Below are positions 9,571 to 20,309 of a DNA stretch of 64,000 nt, piece by piece; position 1 is the first letter of the stretch; the number at the start of each line of letters is the position of its first letter. The position numbers were made by a program, and so were the translations under genes. Source of the stretch: an uncultured Clostridia bacterium (GTDB lineage: Bacteria; Bacillota; Clostridia; Oscillospirales; CAG-272); contig CALYAD010000068.1 of assembly GCA_944393415.1 (NCBI GenBank), positions 4,603 through 68,602 on the forward strand, given 5' to 3'. A model generated the notes under the pieces. It saw nothing but the letters and a program-made list of their open reading frames with translations. It searched no databases and was not told where the DNA came from.

Positions 9571-10513
9571 TTACCGTCCCTCCTATTTTCTTATCTATCA
9601 TATCTTCTACGCATTTATCCATATATTCCGATATCCGTTTTTTCGCGGCTGTTTCAGATTCGCCATTTAAAAGCTTAAGCGACAGCACCTTGTGTTTTCC
9701 GTTTCTCTGAGGTGTAAAAAAGCTCTCTCCCTGTTCTCCTATACGTATAACGCCCGGTTCGCTCTCCTGAAAATAATCGCCGCAGCCCTGTACTGCATAT
9801 AATACCGTAGCCGGATCCCATGAGTGCCTGCCACGCGCTTCTCCGTTAAAACATATAAAGGCATATGTAAGCGGATGAGTGTCTCCAAGCTCTTTGGTCA
9901 GCTTTTCTCCCGTGATCATATCGATACCCAGCTCATACGGAAGAATTACAATTTCATTATCGCATTCTTCCATTATCAGTTTCGCCGCGGAAATATCGCA
10001 TTTAACATTCCATTCAGGCTCCCTCACCCCGTTTTTATCTTCGGTGAAATTTCCCGCCATTAAAACTATTTTCGAACATTTTTCAAGCAAAAGCCTTCGA
10101 CCGTCAAGCGGACTTATACCGTCAGGAACGCTTTTCAGGAGACTTGCTATATTAGTCATTGGACCTATCCCGCACAGTATCGCTTTATCATTTGTCTGTA
10201 CAAGAGCGCGTCTCAGTATCCTTACCGAATCCTCCGGAGTATACCTTCCGCCGGGAAATTTCTCAGCCACTTTTTGACAATAGTTGTCTTTAAACTCTTC
10301 GAGTCCGTTTCTTATCTGTCCGACTGATGGCAGCTCGGTATCAAAGGCGTCAAACAGCGCGGACAGTGCTCCGTATGCAAAATCCGTTTTATGACTTACA
10401 GAGATAGCGTTTATTTTTACCTTACCTGATTTTTGCGCGTATATCAGCCAAGAAAGCGCCATCATATCGTCACAGTCCGATCCTATATCTGTATCAAGTA
10501 TGATTTCCGTCAT
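9563..10513 (-). CDS. Nucleoside hydrolase family protein
   Basis: IILDTDIGSDCDD, IGPMTN, EWNV..D and SWDP motifs. Start set at 10513 because the promoter lies at 10605-10633. Confidence 0.85.
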   Translation of the reverse strand: MTEIILDTDIGSDCDDMMALSWLIYAQKSGKVKINAISVSHKTDFAYGALSALFDAFDTELPSVGQIRNGLEEFKDNYCQKVAEKFPGGRYTPEDSVRILRRALVQTNDKAILCGIGPMTNIASLLKSVPDGISPLDGRRLLLEKCSKIVLMAGNFTEDKNGVREPEWNVKCDISAAKLIMEECDNEIVILPYELGIDMITGEKLTKELGDTHPLTYAFICFNGEARGRHSWDPATVLYAVQGCGDYFQESEPGVIRIGEQGESFFTPQRNGKHKVLSLKLLNGESETAAKKRISEYMDKCVEDMIDKKIGGTVIV

Positions 10514-10604
10514 TTTTATTACCATTTTCCCGAATAATATATCTTTTTGGGTCTGAAAAATATGTAAATAAATATTCAGATACGAAATTCCGTTATCCAT
10601 TATT

Positions 10605-10633
10605 ATTGTATCACATCTTTCAGGCAATTTCAA
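10605..10633 (-). promoter_or_regulatory. Sigma-A promoter for nucleoside hydrolase-xerC
   Basis: TTGAAA-17 nt-TACAAT with extended TG. Confidence 0.6.
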
Positions 10634-10685
10634 TATTTTTTTGTCGTTTAACGAAATTTTTTTAGCTTATGCAAAAACAATACCA

Positions 10686-10792
10686 TTTAGCGTGAACGAT
10701 ATATTTTCATCGTCTCATAATACAGGTGATTTGCTATGCGAAAAATATTTTTTTATATCTATTAAAAACCGCTTAAAACGTTTTTTCAGTTG
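10686..10792 (+). repeat. Structured leader repeat family 1, copy B (lacks terminal hairpin and SD)
   Basis: TTAGCGTGAA...ATCGTCTCA-N-AAT-R-CAG matches copy D; TCTATTAAAAACCG...TTTTT matches copy A. Confidence 0.7.
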
Positions 10793-10827
10793 ATATGTAA
10801 AAATAGTATGAATTATAATATTTTGGC

Positions 10828-10855
10828 TTGAATTATTCTCGCTTTATGATATAAT
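10828..10855 (+). promoter_or_regulatory. Sigma-A promoter
   Basis: TTGAAT-16 nt-TATAAT with extended TG. Confidence 0.55.
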
Positions 10856-10998
10856 ATAAAATAAGCGTTAATAAAAAAATAATATTTATTATAAAGGCGC
10901 ATGTTTTGATAATATAGTCAGACTCTGCTCTGAGTGGCTTTTCGTGCCGGTACGGAGCACTGATTCAAAGCACAGCGCCGAAATGGCGTAAGAAAGGA

Positions 10999-11901
10999 AT
11001 GATTGTAAAAATGACACTTGTTGTTCTCGCAGCCGGAATGGCGTCACGTTACGGGAGTCTGAAGCAGATAGACCCTATAACAGAAACCGGAGAATTTATT
11101 ATTGATTTCTCTATTTATGACGCGTACCGCGCTGGTTTTGAAAAAGTGGTTTTTGTTATAAAGCGAGAAAACTATGAAATCTTCAAATCCACAGTAGGTA
11201 TCCGTGCCGAACGTTATCTTAAAGTGGATTACGCTTTTCAGGAAATGGATGATGTACCCGAAAAATACAAATATCTTATCTCCTCAAGAAAAAAGCCATG
11301 GGGAACCGCGCACGCGGTCCTTGCAGTGCGCGATATTGTCAAGGAAAACTTCGCGGTCATAAACGCGGACGATTTTTACGGTAAGGAGGCATTTACCGCG
11401 CTATCGTCGCATCTGAAGACCGCTCAGCGCTCCCACTACTGCATGGTTGGATATATACTAAAAAACACACTCACCGAAAACGGCTCAGTCTCTCGCGGTA
11501 TATGTACAGTAGACAGCAAGGATATGCTTATATCGGTAAATGAAAAGAGCCGTATATATAAAACGGACGTCGGCGCCGAATATGAGGAAGACGGCAAAAG
11601 GATAAGCATATCGGAAGATTCCGTTGTCTCAATGAACTGCTGGGGCTTTACCCCGGACGTATTTAGCGGAATAGCAAGCGGATTTGAAAAATTTCTTGCC
11701 TCCTCCCCTTCCGATACCTCGGAATATTACCTTCCGTTTTCCGTAAGCGAAATCAAGGACAGCGGAAACGCGGATATCAGGGTATATCGTACTGACGCCC
11801 GCTGGTACGGCGTTACGTATAAAGATGACAAGGATAAGGTAGTAAACGGTTTAAAGGAAATGATATCGGCGGGCGAATACTCAGTTCCGCTTTGGAAATA
11901 A
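10999..11901 (+). CDS. Sugar-phosphate nucleotidyltransferase
   Basis: LAAGMASRYGSLKQ, KPWGTAHA and INADDFYG motifs. Confidence 0.85.
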   Translation: MIVKMTLVVLAAGMASRYGSLKQIDPITETGEFIIDFSIYDAYRAGFEKVVFVIKRENYEIFKSTVGIRAERYLKVDYAFQEMDDVPEKYKYLISSRKKPWGTAHAVLAVRDIVKENFAVINADDFYGKEAFTALSSHLKTAQRSHYCMVGYILKNTLTENGSVSRGICTVDSKDMLISVNEKSRIYKTDVGAEYEEDGKRISISEDSVVSMNCWGFTPDVFSGIASGFEKFLASSPSDTSEYYLPFSVSEIKDSGNADIRVYRTDARWYGVTYKDDKDKVVNGLKEMISAGEYSVPLWK

Positions 11902-11970
11902 CTCAGGTTCATTAGCTTCAGCTTATTTGATCTTAAGAAAATAACAGAAAACTGAAAGGATATTCATATA

Positions 11971-13068
11971 ATGAATATAAACAGGATTGCTTCCGCATTC
12001 GGTATAAACAGCGATAATCTGAATTTTACCGAATGTACAATAGGTCACATCAACAATACATATTTCGTTAAAAGCTCGCCAAAGCTGCCGGATCCTGAGT
12101 TTGTTTTTCAGAAGATAAATACAGATATTTTTAAAAATCCCGAAAATCTGATGGAAAACATCTTTAATGTCACTTTGCATATAAGAAAAAAGCTTATACA
12201 AGAAGGCAAGGACCCTTCGAGGGGAACACTCGAGTTTCTCAAAACGACTGACGGCAAGTACGGTTACAATACAAAAGAGGACGGATACTGGAGAGTTTAC
12301 CGTTATATAGACAACGTACTTTCCCTTAATTCAGCAGATACACCGGAGGTATTCGGAAAATCCGGATTTGCGTTCGGTAATTTTCAAAGACAGCTTGCGG
12401 ATTTTGACGCTTCACTGCTGCATGAAACCATAGTGAACTTTCATAATACCGTCAGCAGACTGCAGGACTTCAAAAAAGCGCTGAACGACGATATTGCGGG
12501 ACGTAAAAACTCCATTCAGCGTGAGATTAATTTCGTGCTCGACCGTGCTGATAAATGCTCGTATATAACAGACGGGATCGCGTCCGGAAAATTTCCGCTC
12601 CGAGTCACTCACAATGATACTAAGCTAAACAACCTGCTTATTGATAAAGACACCGGAGAAGGTATCTGTATATTGGATCTCGATACGGTAATGCCGGGAA
12701 GCGCGCTTTATGATTTCGGCGACTCGATACGATTTGGTGCATCAAGCGCGGTTGAGGACGAAACGGATCTTGATAAAGTATTTGTGCGCCTTGATATGTT
12801 TGACGCCTATACGGACGGATTTATAAAGGGAGTAAATGGAGCGCTTACCGAGGACGAAATTCGCGCTTTCCCGATCGGCGCGTATATCATAACCTTTGAA
12901 ACCGGTATCAGATTTCTTACCGATTACCTGAACGGAGATACCTATTTCCGCATTCATCACGAAGGTCATAATCTCGACCGCGCAAGAAATCAGTTCAAGC
13001 TTGTTGAAAGTATGGAACAGCAGATGGACAAAATGAATTCCATTGTTGACAAATATATCAACTCGTAA
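11971..13068 (+). CDS. APH-like sugar kinase (N-acetylhexosamine 1-kinase family)
   Basis: GHINNTY, THNDTKLNN, LDLDTVMPG and RFLTDYL.GD.YF motifs. Confidence 0.8.
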   Translation: MNINRIASAFGINSDNLNFTECTIGHINNTYFVKSSPKLPDPEFVFQKINTDIFKNPENLMENIFNVTLHIRKKLIQEGKDPSRGTLEFLKTTDGKYGYNTKEDGYWRVYRYIDNVLSLNSADTPEVFGKSGFAFGNFQRQLADFDASLLHETIVNFHNTVSRLQDFKKALNDDIAGRKNSIQREINFVLDRADKCSYITDGIASGKFPLRVTHNDTKLNNLLIDKDTGEGICILDLDTVMPGSALYDFGDSIRFGASSAVEDETDLDKVFVRLDMFDAYTDGFIKGVNGALTEDEIRAFPIGAYIITFETGIRFLTDYLNGDTYFRIHHEGHNLDRARNQFKLVESMEQQMDKMNSIVDKYINS

Positions 13069-13085
13069 AATAAAAATCATCAACA

Positions 13086-13153
13086 TAAAATAAAAACACG
13101 GTCTTCAGTTCTTTGTTTTAAAAGACTGCTTATTTGCCGTGTTTTTTTATTTT
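13086..13153. terminator. Probable bidirectional terminator between convergent genes
   Basis: AAAATAAAAACACGG...CCGTGTTTTTTTATTTT inverted repeat with a large loop. Confidence 0.5.
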
Positions 13154-13176
13154 ATTTGATTATCTGAGCTACTATT

Positions 13177-14193
13177 TCAGTCGTTATAGCCATTAGGATT
13201 GTTTTTCTGCCAGTTCCAGGAATCGCGGCACATATCGGTCAGATCATATTTCGCGGTCCACCCCAGAATTTCCTTAGCCTTAGACGCGTCGGCGTAACAC
13301 TCCGCAATATCTCCGGGACGTCTGTCAGCTATACGGTAAGGGACACTTACGCCATTGGCTTCCTCAAAGGCGTGTACCATATCAAGAACACTGTAACCAA
13401 CGCTTGTGCCAAGATTGAATACTTCAGTTCCCTTGTGTTTAACCACATATTCCAGAGCGCAGGCGTGCCCTACCGCAAGGTCGACTACATGTATGTAATC
13501 GCGCACTCCGGTGCCATCCTTGGTCGGATAGTCGTTTCCGTAAACCGACAGCTGCTTAAGCTTACCGACAGCTACCTGTGAAATATACGGCATAAGATTG
13601 TTCGGTATACCGCTTGGCGACTCACCTATAAGCCCGCTCTTATGAGCTCCGACCGGATTGAAGTAACGCAGAAGAACAACGGAAAGCTCCGGATCAGCTT
13701 TCGCCGCGTCCGTCAGTATAACCTCATTGAAATACTTTGTCCATCCGTATGGATTCGTACATCTGCCAACCGCGGCGCTTTCCTTTATCGGTACGGTATC
13801 CGGCGCTCCGTAAACTGTCGCGGATGAACTGAAAATTATATTTTTAACTCCGTGCTTTCTCATGACGTCAAGCAGTACAAGCGTAGAATCCAGATTGTTC
13901 TGATAATATTCGATCGGCTTTGCGCACGATTCGCCTACTGCCTTAAGTCCGGCGAAATGTATTACCGCGTCAGGCTTATTTTCGCAAAACAATTGATCAA
14001 GAGCCTTTTTATCGCAGCAGTTTATCTGATAAAAGACCGGTTTTTTACCGCATATTTTTTCTATACGATCCAATACTTTTACACTGCTGTTTACAAGATT
14101 GTCCGCAATTACTGCCTCATATCCTCTTTCAATCAGCTCGATCGCGGTATGAGAGCCGATGTAACCCGCTCCGCCTGTAAGTAATATCTTCAT
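13177..14193 (-). CDS. galE: UDP-glucose 4-epimerase
   Basis: [43 protein letters not shown] and PNNLMPY. Confidence 0.95.
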   Translation of the reverse strand: MKILLTGGAGYIGSHTAIELIERGYEAVIADNLVNSSVKVLDRIEKICGKKPVFYQINCCDKKALDQLFCENKPDAVIHFAGLKAVGESCAKPIEYYQNNLDSTLVLLDVMRKHGVKNIIFSSSATVYGAPDTVPIKESAAVGRCTNPYGWTKYFNEVILTDAAKADPELSVVLLRYFNPVGAHKSGLIGESPSGIPNNLMPYISQVAVGKLKQLSVYGNDYPTKDGTGVRDYIHVVDLAVGHACALEYVVKHKGTEVFNLGTSVGYSVLDMVHAFEEANGVSVPYRIADRRPGDIAECYADASKAKEILGWTAKYDLTDMCRDSWNWQKNNPNGYND

Positions 14194-14288
14194 TTTTTAC
14201 CATTCCTTTCGTAGACCGGATCAGCGCTTTATTAATATCAAGCTTTTGCATATACGCTCTGAAGCGGTTTTTTTATTTAATTTGTTTA

Positions 14289-14672
14289 TCAGTGAATATG
14301 AGAGGTAAACATACCTTCAAGATATACGTGATACTTCTCATCTTTTAATTTAAAGCCTATTACTTTCGCGGCGTTGTCATAAAACTCCCCGCTTTTCTCA
14401 AAATACGCTTCCTTTACACCGTGAAGATCAAGGAAATTCAAGACCGCTCTTCCGAGAAGCATGGCAAGCGGAAGAAGCTCATCTCCTTCTTTTCGACAGC
14501 GCAGATCGTTTATATACCCTACGCCATCCTTAACACAAAACTGCGCCGCCCCGACTACCGCCTCGTCCTCATACGCCCCGTACGCGAACTGAGTTTTATC
14601 ATATTCAATCCCGCATAAAAGGCAAACCCGCTCCTGCTCCTGCGGTTTTGTCATAGGAACTATCTTAAGCAT
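14289..14672 (-). CDS. Conserved hypothetical protein
   Basis: 127-aa ORF co-oriented within the rluB-galE run. Confidence 0.65.
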   Translation of the reverse strand: MLKIVPMTKPQEQERVCLLCGIEYDKTQFAYGAYEDEAVVGAAQFCVKDGVGYINDLRCRKEGDELLPLAMLLGRAVLNFLDLHGVKEAYFEKSGEFYDNAAKVIGFKLKDEKYHVYLEGMFTSHIH

Positions 14673-14729
14673 TATACTCTAAACCATGGCTTTTAAGCGC
14701 CCCAAAGCTTCCTTTCCTTTGATATTAAA

Positions 14730-15455
14730 CTATTTCATTTTGCACACGGTTTTAAGATAATCCGTCTGAGCCTTTGTAAGATATCTCCAGCTTCCCAATT
14801 TGAGATTTCCTATGGAAATGTTTCCTATCGCTACACGCCTCAGCTTAATTACCTCAAGACCGCACATCTCGCACATTTTTCGTATCTGCCGGTTTCTTCC
14901 CTCATACAGCTCCATCTTAAGCGTCGTATAATCCGGCTTCATTGTTACCACCGTATTCTGAACCGGACGTATCTTATATCCGTCGATCACCAACGCGGAC
15001 GCGAGCTTTCTGCGTTCCTCCATTGTCACCTGACCTTTAACCGTCACATTATAATATTTAGCGATTCCGTGCTTCGGATGCGTAAGACGGTTCGCAAGCT
15101 CTCCGTCATTTGTAAGCAAAAGAAGTCCTTCGCTGTCTATATCCAAGCGTCCCACCGGATAAACCCTGACACCGACATCTTCCGTCAGATCACGCACACA
15201 CGGTCTGCCCTTTTCATCACTCAGAGTAGTGACATAACCGACAGGCTTATTAAGCATTATATATACATGTGAGTTATCGGCTATTATCTCTTTTCCTTTA
15301 TACTCGACCCTGTCCTTTCCCGGGATGATTTTCTGTCCGATTACCGCATCCGCACCGTTTACTTTGATCTCACCGCGCCTGACAGCTTCTTCAGCCGCTC
15401 TTCTTGACATTATTCCCGAGTCAGATAAATACTTATGTATCCGAGTCTCATCCAT
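14730..15455 (-). CDS. rluB: rRNA pseudouridine synthase (RluB/RsuA family)
   Basis: S4 domain (SRRAAE), NKPVG, GRLDIDSEGLLLLTNDG and EGRNRQIRKM; near scpAB. Confidence 0.88.
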   Translation of the reverse strand: MDETRIHKYLSDSGIMSRRAAEEAVRRGEIKVNGADAVIGQKIIPGKDRVEYKGKEIIADNSHVYIMLNKPVGYVTTLSDEKGRPCVRDLTEDVGVRVYPVGRLDIDSEGLLLLTNDGELANRLTHPKHGIAKYYNVTVKGQVTMEERRKLASALVIDGYKIRPVQNTVVTMKPDYTTLKMELYEGRNRQIRKMCEMCGLEVIKLRRVAIGNISIGNLKLGSWRYLTKAQTDYLKTVCKMK

Positions 15456-15461
15456 ACGATT

Positions 15462-16706
15462 TTAATTTCCTTCCTTACGGAAAAATCCTTTTATTTTATC
15501 TATTATACCGCTTTTTATTTCCGGCTCTGCTCCAAGTATGTCCTCGTCCGCGTAAAGAGGTATCTCCCCCGCTTTTTTACCGTCAATATAATATACCGCG
15601 TAACCGAAGCTTTCTCCCTTTTTTACAGGGGCAAATCTCATATGAGGTTGAACATAATCTACCGTTACCTCTGAATTTATGGGTATCGTTATAGGAAAAT
15701 CCTCTTTTATCGTAAGAGTAACGCTTTCCTTACTGCCGGCCGCTACCGGAAGCTCGGTTCCGCAATTTTCCGGGGTAAGGACTTCTGTTCGCACTGTCTG
15801 AAAACCGAGGTCATAAAGGCTTGTATGATCGTTCCAGTCATTCGAGGCGTCGATCGTAACGCATATAAGCGTGGTTTCGTTACGCTGGGCGGCAGTTACA
15901 AGCGTTCTGCCGCTGGCCCTTGTGTATCCGGTCTTTCCGCCGAGCATTCCTTTATATGTTATCAGCAGTCTGTTATGATTAGTCAGTACTCTTGTAAAGG
16001 ACCCGTCATCCGCGGCGACTACCTTTTTTCTTGTTGATATTATCTGCCTGAAGGTATCATTCTCCAAAGCGTACGCCATAAGACGCGCGTAATCCCTTGC
16101 CGTGGTATAATGCCCGTCCTCGCTTAGTCCGTGAGGATTCTGAAATTCCGTGTTGCTCATTCCAAGCTCATCCGCTTTTCTGTTCATTTCCGCGACAAAG
16201 GCCTCCTCGGTTCCCGAAACAGCTATAGCCAAAGCCGTGGTGGCGTCGTTCGCGCTCTCAAGCATAGCGCTGTATAGCAGCGTTTCAAAATCAACCCTTT
16301 CGCCTTCTCTCAGATATACCGAGCTTCCCTCTATACCGACGGCAAGCGGGGAAACGACGACAGTATCCTTCAGATCCTCTATTTTTTCAAGCGCGACTAT
16401 AACGCTCATGACTTTTGTGATACTTGCCATGGGAAGAGGGACATCGGCCTGCTTCTCATATATCACCATACCGTCGGAGGTACAAAGAATACAGCTCCTC
16501 GCGGATACGCTTACGCTGCCGGTTCCTATTAAAGCGGAGTTAACCGCGAACGTAGAATAATCGGTCTTTACTATATTTCCGTCTGAAAGATCTCCATCGG
16601 CATCTTTTGAGGTGCCGGGCGGATCGGAAAAATTAAACTCTGCCAAAACTGCTGTAATTACCGCGAACACAAGTACAAGCGATACTATTTTTATTATCTT
16701 TTTCAT
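15462..16706 (-). CDS. dacB: D-alanyl-D-alanine carboxypeptidase (DacB-like, S11)
   Basis: MASITK, SAN and KTG motifs; located between ytfJ and rluB as in spore-formers. Confidence 0.8.
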   Translation of the reverse strand: MKKIIKIVSLVLVFAVITAVLAEFNFSDPPGTSKDADGDLSDGNIVKTDYSTFAVNSALIGTGSVSVSARSCILCTSDGMVIYEKQADVPLPMASITKVMSVIVALEKIEDLKDTVVVSPLAVGIEGSSVYLREGERVDFETLLYSAMLESANDATTALAIAVSGTEEAFVAEMNRKADELGMSNTEFQNPHGLSEDGHYTTARDYARLMAYALENDTFRQIISTRKKVVAADDGSFTRVLTNHNRLLITYKGMLGGKTGYTRASGRTLVTAAQRNETTLICVTIDASNDWNDHTSLYDLGFQTVRTEVLTPENCGTELPVAAGSKESVTLTIKEDFPITIPINSEVTVDYVQPHMRFAPVKKGESFGYAVYYIDGKKAGEIPLYADEDILGAEPEIKSGIIDKIKGFFRKEGN

Positions 16707-16763
16707 TTACTGCTCTCCCGATACATATCAATATATAGAATTAATATGACGGGAGAGAGTCAG

Positions 16764-17216
16764 TTATTCTTTTTCTTCGTTAAATACTGCCTCTACAGGC
16801 TTTTTATCCTTAGCCAAAACTTCTTTTAAACGTTTTATTATATCAGGCGATTTTTCAAGTATATCGCCAACAGCAGCCACAGTACTGTCGTTACGGACGA
16901 TAGTTGGAGACGTTACGTTCAGCATACTTACATCGCCGTCCGGCTTTACTACCAGAAAGCCTATCGGAGTGATAGTAAGTCCTGTCCCCCCTCCTCCTCC
17001 TAAGGAATCGTTTGATCCGTTCTTTTTTTCATCTTCCTTTTTTGTTCCGAAATCGATTCCCCCCGAAACAAAACCGATAGATACCTTTGACACCGGTATT
17101 ATTACCGTGCCGCTGTCAGTTTTAATCTGCTCGCCAATCACTGTATCGGAATCGGAAAGCTCTTTTATCTTTTCAAGAGAGGTGCTGATTATCTCGTTTA
17201 TCCTGTTACCCGACAT
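16764..17216 (-). CDS. ytfJ: Sporulation protein YtfJ/GerW
   Basis: IIPVSKVSIGFVSGG and GGGGGTGLTITPIGFLVV. Confidence 0.88.
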   Translation of the reverse strand: MSGNRINEIISTSLEKIKELSDSDTVIGEQIKTDSGTVIIPVSKVSIGFVSGGIDFGTKKEDEKKNGSNDSLGGGGGTGLTITPIGFLVVKPDGDVSMLNVTSPTIVRNDSTVAAVGDILEKSPDIIKRLKEVLAKDKKPVEAVFNEEKE

Positions 17217-17254
17217 TTTCTGACCGTTCCTTTCTTATATTTACATTTTTTATC

Positions 17255-17968
17255 TCAGACGTTTTTCTCAGCAATATCAGAGGATTTTAGCGTCCTGCCT
17301 TTGCTTTGCTTTTTAAACCTAAGAAATCCCGCTATAAGATATGCGCCGAGCTTTAATATACTCAATATTCTGATCTTTACCTCTATATTTACCCTCGCGT
17401 CCCATTTCCCCGAGGCAAAATCAGGGTAAACGGCTATCTCAGAATTATGTGTTTTAGTTAAATTTGTAGCCTCTCCGAGAAATGATATGAGATACTGAAG
17501 CGCTTGAACGGTTTCGCCGTACTTTATCGCAACGTCATGAGCGTCCTTGCCTCCCACGCTCAGCAATATGGTCTTACATTTTATATGCAGATATTTTGGG
17601 AACCGTTTTATGATCACTCCTAAAATTTCCCGCAGCAGCTGTATAAGCTCCTTAGGGGAGGACGGGATAAGAGAGCTTTTTTTATTTTTATCCTTCTTTT
17701 TCTCTGCCGCCGGTTCAGCATTCTTTTTTTTATGCTTCTTTTCGTACTTTTTAAGCGTTCTTTTGCATTTTGCCCGGAATTTGTTAATCTTAAATGCCTT
17801 TTTATTTATTTTCTTTTTTTCTCCGCCCGCGATCCTGAAACGTATAAACCATATACCCGCGCTTACCGTTATCCCGTTTTGACCGTAGATCAGGTAAAGC
17901 TTAATATAGGAAAGGAGAAGCAGGCTTATTAACACAATTATGCCGACAAGTATTATGATCCCTGTCAC
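17255..17968 (-). CDS. DUF2953 (YtfI-like) protein
   Basis: N-terminal TM, Lys-rich linker and DAHDVAIKYG motif; upstream of ytfJ. Confidence 0.7.
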   Translation of the reverse strand: MTGIIILVGIIVLISLLLLSYIKLYLIYGQNGITVSAGIWFIRFRIAGGEKKKINKKAFKINKFRAKCKRTLKKYEKKHKKKNAEPAAEKKKDKNKKSSLIPSSPKELIQLLREILGVIIKRFPKYLHIKCKTILLSVGGKDAHDVAIKYGETVQALQYLISFLGEATNLTKTHNSEIAVYPDFASGKWDARVNIEVKIRILSILKLGAYLIAGFLRFKKQSKGRTLKSSDIAEKNV

Positions 17969-18001
17969 ACCCGACGTTCCTCCTCTCTTTTAACTGTAAG
18001 A

Positions 18002-18769
18002 TCATGAATTATCGGTATCAATATTAAAGAGATCGAGCGACGGAAGCTCCGCCAGCGACGATATACCGAATGTTTTAAGAAAATTCTGCGTCGTACCGAA
18101 CAGTCTCGGACGTCCGATAACGTCGAGCCTCCCGCGCTCCTCAATCAGCTCGCGGTCAAGCAAAACGGTTATAGGCCTTGTACTGTCCACGCGCCTTACC
18201 TGCTCGACATACGCACGTGTCACCGGCTGGTTGTACGCTATAATGGCAAGAGTCTCCATTGCGGCGGCGCTGAGCTGAGGCTCGCCGCGGATTCCTATCA
18301 TCTGCGTCACATATTCACCGAGATCCGGACATGTGGTCAGTTGGCAGCATTTATCATATCTGACAAGACGGATCCCGCGCGGAAAATGTTCCGTGTTATA
18401 CATTTTTTCATAAGCGTCAACTATCTTTATCGCTTCCTTTAGCGGATATCCGATAATTTTGGCAAACTGATCATAGTACACCTCGTCTCCGTTGGCAAAC
18501 ATTATCGCCTCAAGTATACGCATTGCCTTTTCCTTAGACATCTTTTCAGGCGCACTGTCACTATTCTGAGCGTCGGTTTCTTTTTTCTTATCCTTGAGCG
18601 CCGCGCGTCCAACCTTTTCCGCTTTTTCTTCACCCGATTCATTTTCCGGTAAAACGGTACTACCAGACTGCTCTGATACAGTGTTGTTATCTGTTATTAC
18701 TTCAGTCGTATCCGTCTTATCGGTATCGACAGCAGACTGCCCGCTTATTTCCTCTTTATTATCCAACAT
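18002..18769 (-). CDS. scpB: SMC-Scp complex subunit ScpB
   Basis: LSAAAMETLAIIAYNQPVTR and GRPRLFGTT..FL..FGI; acidic N-terminal extension; start set at MLDNK. Confidence 0.92.
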   Translation of the reverse strand: MLDNKEEISGQSAVDTDKTDTTEVITDNNTVSEQSGSTVLPENESGEEKAEKVGRAALKDKKKETDAQNSDSAPEKMSKEKAMRILEAIMFANGDEVYYDQFAKIIGYPLKEAIKIVDAYEKMYNTEHFPRGIRLVRYDKCCQLTTCPDLGEYVTQMIGIRGEPQLSAAAMETLAIIAYNQPVTRAYVEQVRRVDSTRPITVLLDRELIEERGRLDVIGRPRLFGTTQNFLKTFGISSLAELPSLDLFNIDTDNS

Positions 18770-19532
18770 CCGTAACCTCACTGTCAGAAGCGTCCGTTCT
18801 GTCCTCGGCGCTAACGATACCATGCTCCATATTGAGCTTTAATGTAGGATTATCATAGTCTCCGCCAAGAAAAACCCTTTGAAACTTTACCAGCTCCAGT
18901 ACCGCAGCGAATGTGGCTATCAGATCGGAACGTGTCTCGTTGTCCATTAATATAGTTTCAAAATCCGCTTCCCCGTATTTATACAGCCTTCTCATTACGG
19001 CAATCACCTTTACAGGGATCGGCGTGACCTTGTGTTTAAGAAGATTTTCCAGCGTCTGCTCCGGCTTTCGCTGAAGCTCCTTCATTATACTGCTCCTGGC
19101 AAGCATACGCCGAAACGCTCTTTCAAGCACCTTTATCTCGTAATGAAGCGGAAGCCCTCTCTCCGGCTCCGCGGGCTCGCGGTACGCGACACCGGAGTTT
19201 TCCAGCCATTTTTCCCTGAGATACCCTGCGGCGTGCTTTGCCTTTGCATATTCCATTACCGCTATCTGCAGCCGCTTTACCGGCGATTCCTCCTCCGCGG
19301 TACGGGGCAAAAGCATCTGGCTTTTTATCAGCATAAGCTCCGCAGCCATCGTAATAAATTCTCCGGCTATATCGATATCAAGCTTTTCCATCATTTCGAG
19401 ATATTCCATATACTGACGGAATATGACGTGTATCTGAATATCGAAGATACTCATCTCGTTTTTCTTTATCAAGGACAGGAGGAGATCAAGCGGTCCCTCA
19501 AAGCTTTCTATGTTGAAACTCAGCTTTTCCAT
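18759..19532 (-). CDS. scpA: Segregation and condensation protein A
   Basis: FEGPLDLLL, EFITMAAELMLIKSQMLLP and TFAAVLEL. Confidence 0.93.
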   Translation of the reverse strand: MEKLSFNIESFEGPLDLLLSLIKKNEMSIFDIQIHVIFRQYMEYLEMMEKLDIDIAGEFITMAAELMLIKSQMLLPRTAEEESPVKRLQIAVMEYAKAKHAAGYLREKWLENSGVAYREPAEPERGLPLHYEIKVLERAFRRMLARSSIMKELQRKPEQTLENLLKHKVTPIPVKVIAVMRRLYKYGEADFETILMDNETRSDLIATFAAVLELVKFQRVFLGGDYDNPTLKLNMEHGIVSAEDRTDASDSEVTDVG

Positions 19533-19553
19533 CAGTATTGTTCATCTTTCCTT

Positions 19554-20282
19554 TTATAATATTAAACTGTGTACGAACTCAAGAATTTTCAATACCGGAG
19601 TACTTACTCCCACAATGATCATATCCACGACGTTTTCAAACACACCGGTAAACGCTCCGCTCCAAAGGAGGAAAAACAGTATGAGCATTATTATTCTTTC
19701 GTAACGCATTATCCCGAAATACGTCCTGTCCGGAAGAAAGGCAAGCATAATTCTTGAACCGTCAAGCGGAGGAACGGGAAATAGATTAAAAACCGCAAGC
19801 AATAAATTGTAATAAAATACAATGTAAAAGGTGTAATTTAAAAAAGTATATACGCGCTCCGGTATATTGCTCAAAACCGGCAATACAGATATAAGCCCGG
19901 TCTCTTCAAGCCAGAAAAGCACTGTAAACCATACAAGCGCGAACAGGCCTATCAAAAGATTTGCAGCAGGCCCGGCCAGTGCCGTGAACGCCATACCTTT
20001 TTTAGGGTTCTTATAATATCTGGGATCAACTGATACCGGCTTTGCCCACCCAAACCCGCAAAAAAGCATAAGAAGAGTACCGAATGGGTCAAGATGCTTT
20101 ATTGGATTAAGTGTGAGCCTTCCCGAATTCTTTGCTGTTGGATCTCCCTGCAAAAAGCTTACATACCCATGCGCAAACTCATGTATGCTTAGGCTGAACA
20201 GAATTATGACAGGCAGCAAGAGCAGCTGCAGAAGCCTTTCCCGTAAGCTGAGCCCATCGTTACCAAGTATCTGAAAAATCAA
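19554..20282 (-). CDS. Site-2 protease (M50 family)
   Basis: HEFAH, GRLTLNP, AGP and FNLFPVPPLDG. Confidence 0.9.
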   Translation of the reverse strand: MIFQILGNDGLSLRERLLQLLLLPVIILFSLSIHEFAHGYVSFLQGDPTAKNSGRLTLNPIKHLDPFGTLLMLFCGFGWAKPVSVDPRYYKNPKKGMAFTALAGPAANLLIGLFALVWFTVLFWLEETGLISVLPVLSNIPERVYTFLNYTFYIVFYYNLLLAVFNLFPVPPLDGSRIMLAFLPDRTYFGIMRYERIIMLILFFLLWSGAFTGVFENVVDMIIVGVSTPVLKILEFVHSLIL

Positions 20283-20309
20283 TTATTTATCCTCAATTCA
20301 AGCGGCGAG

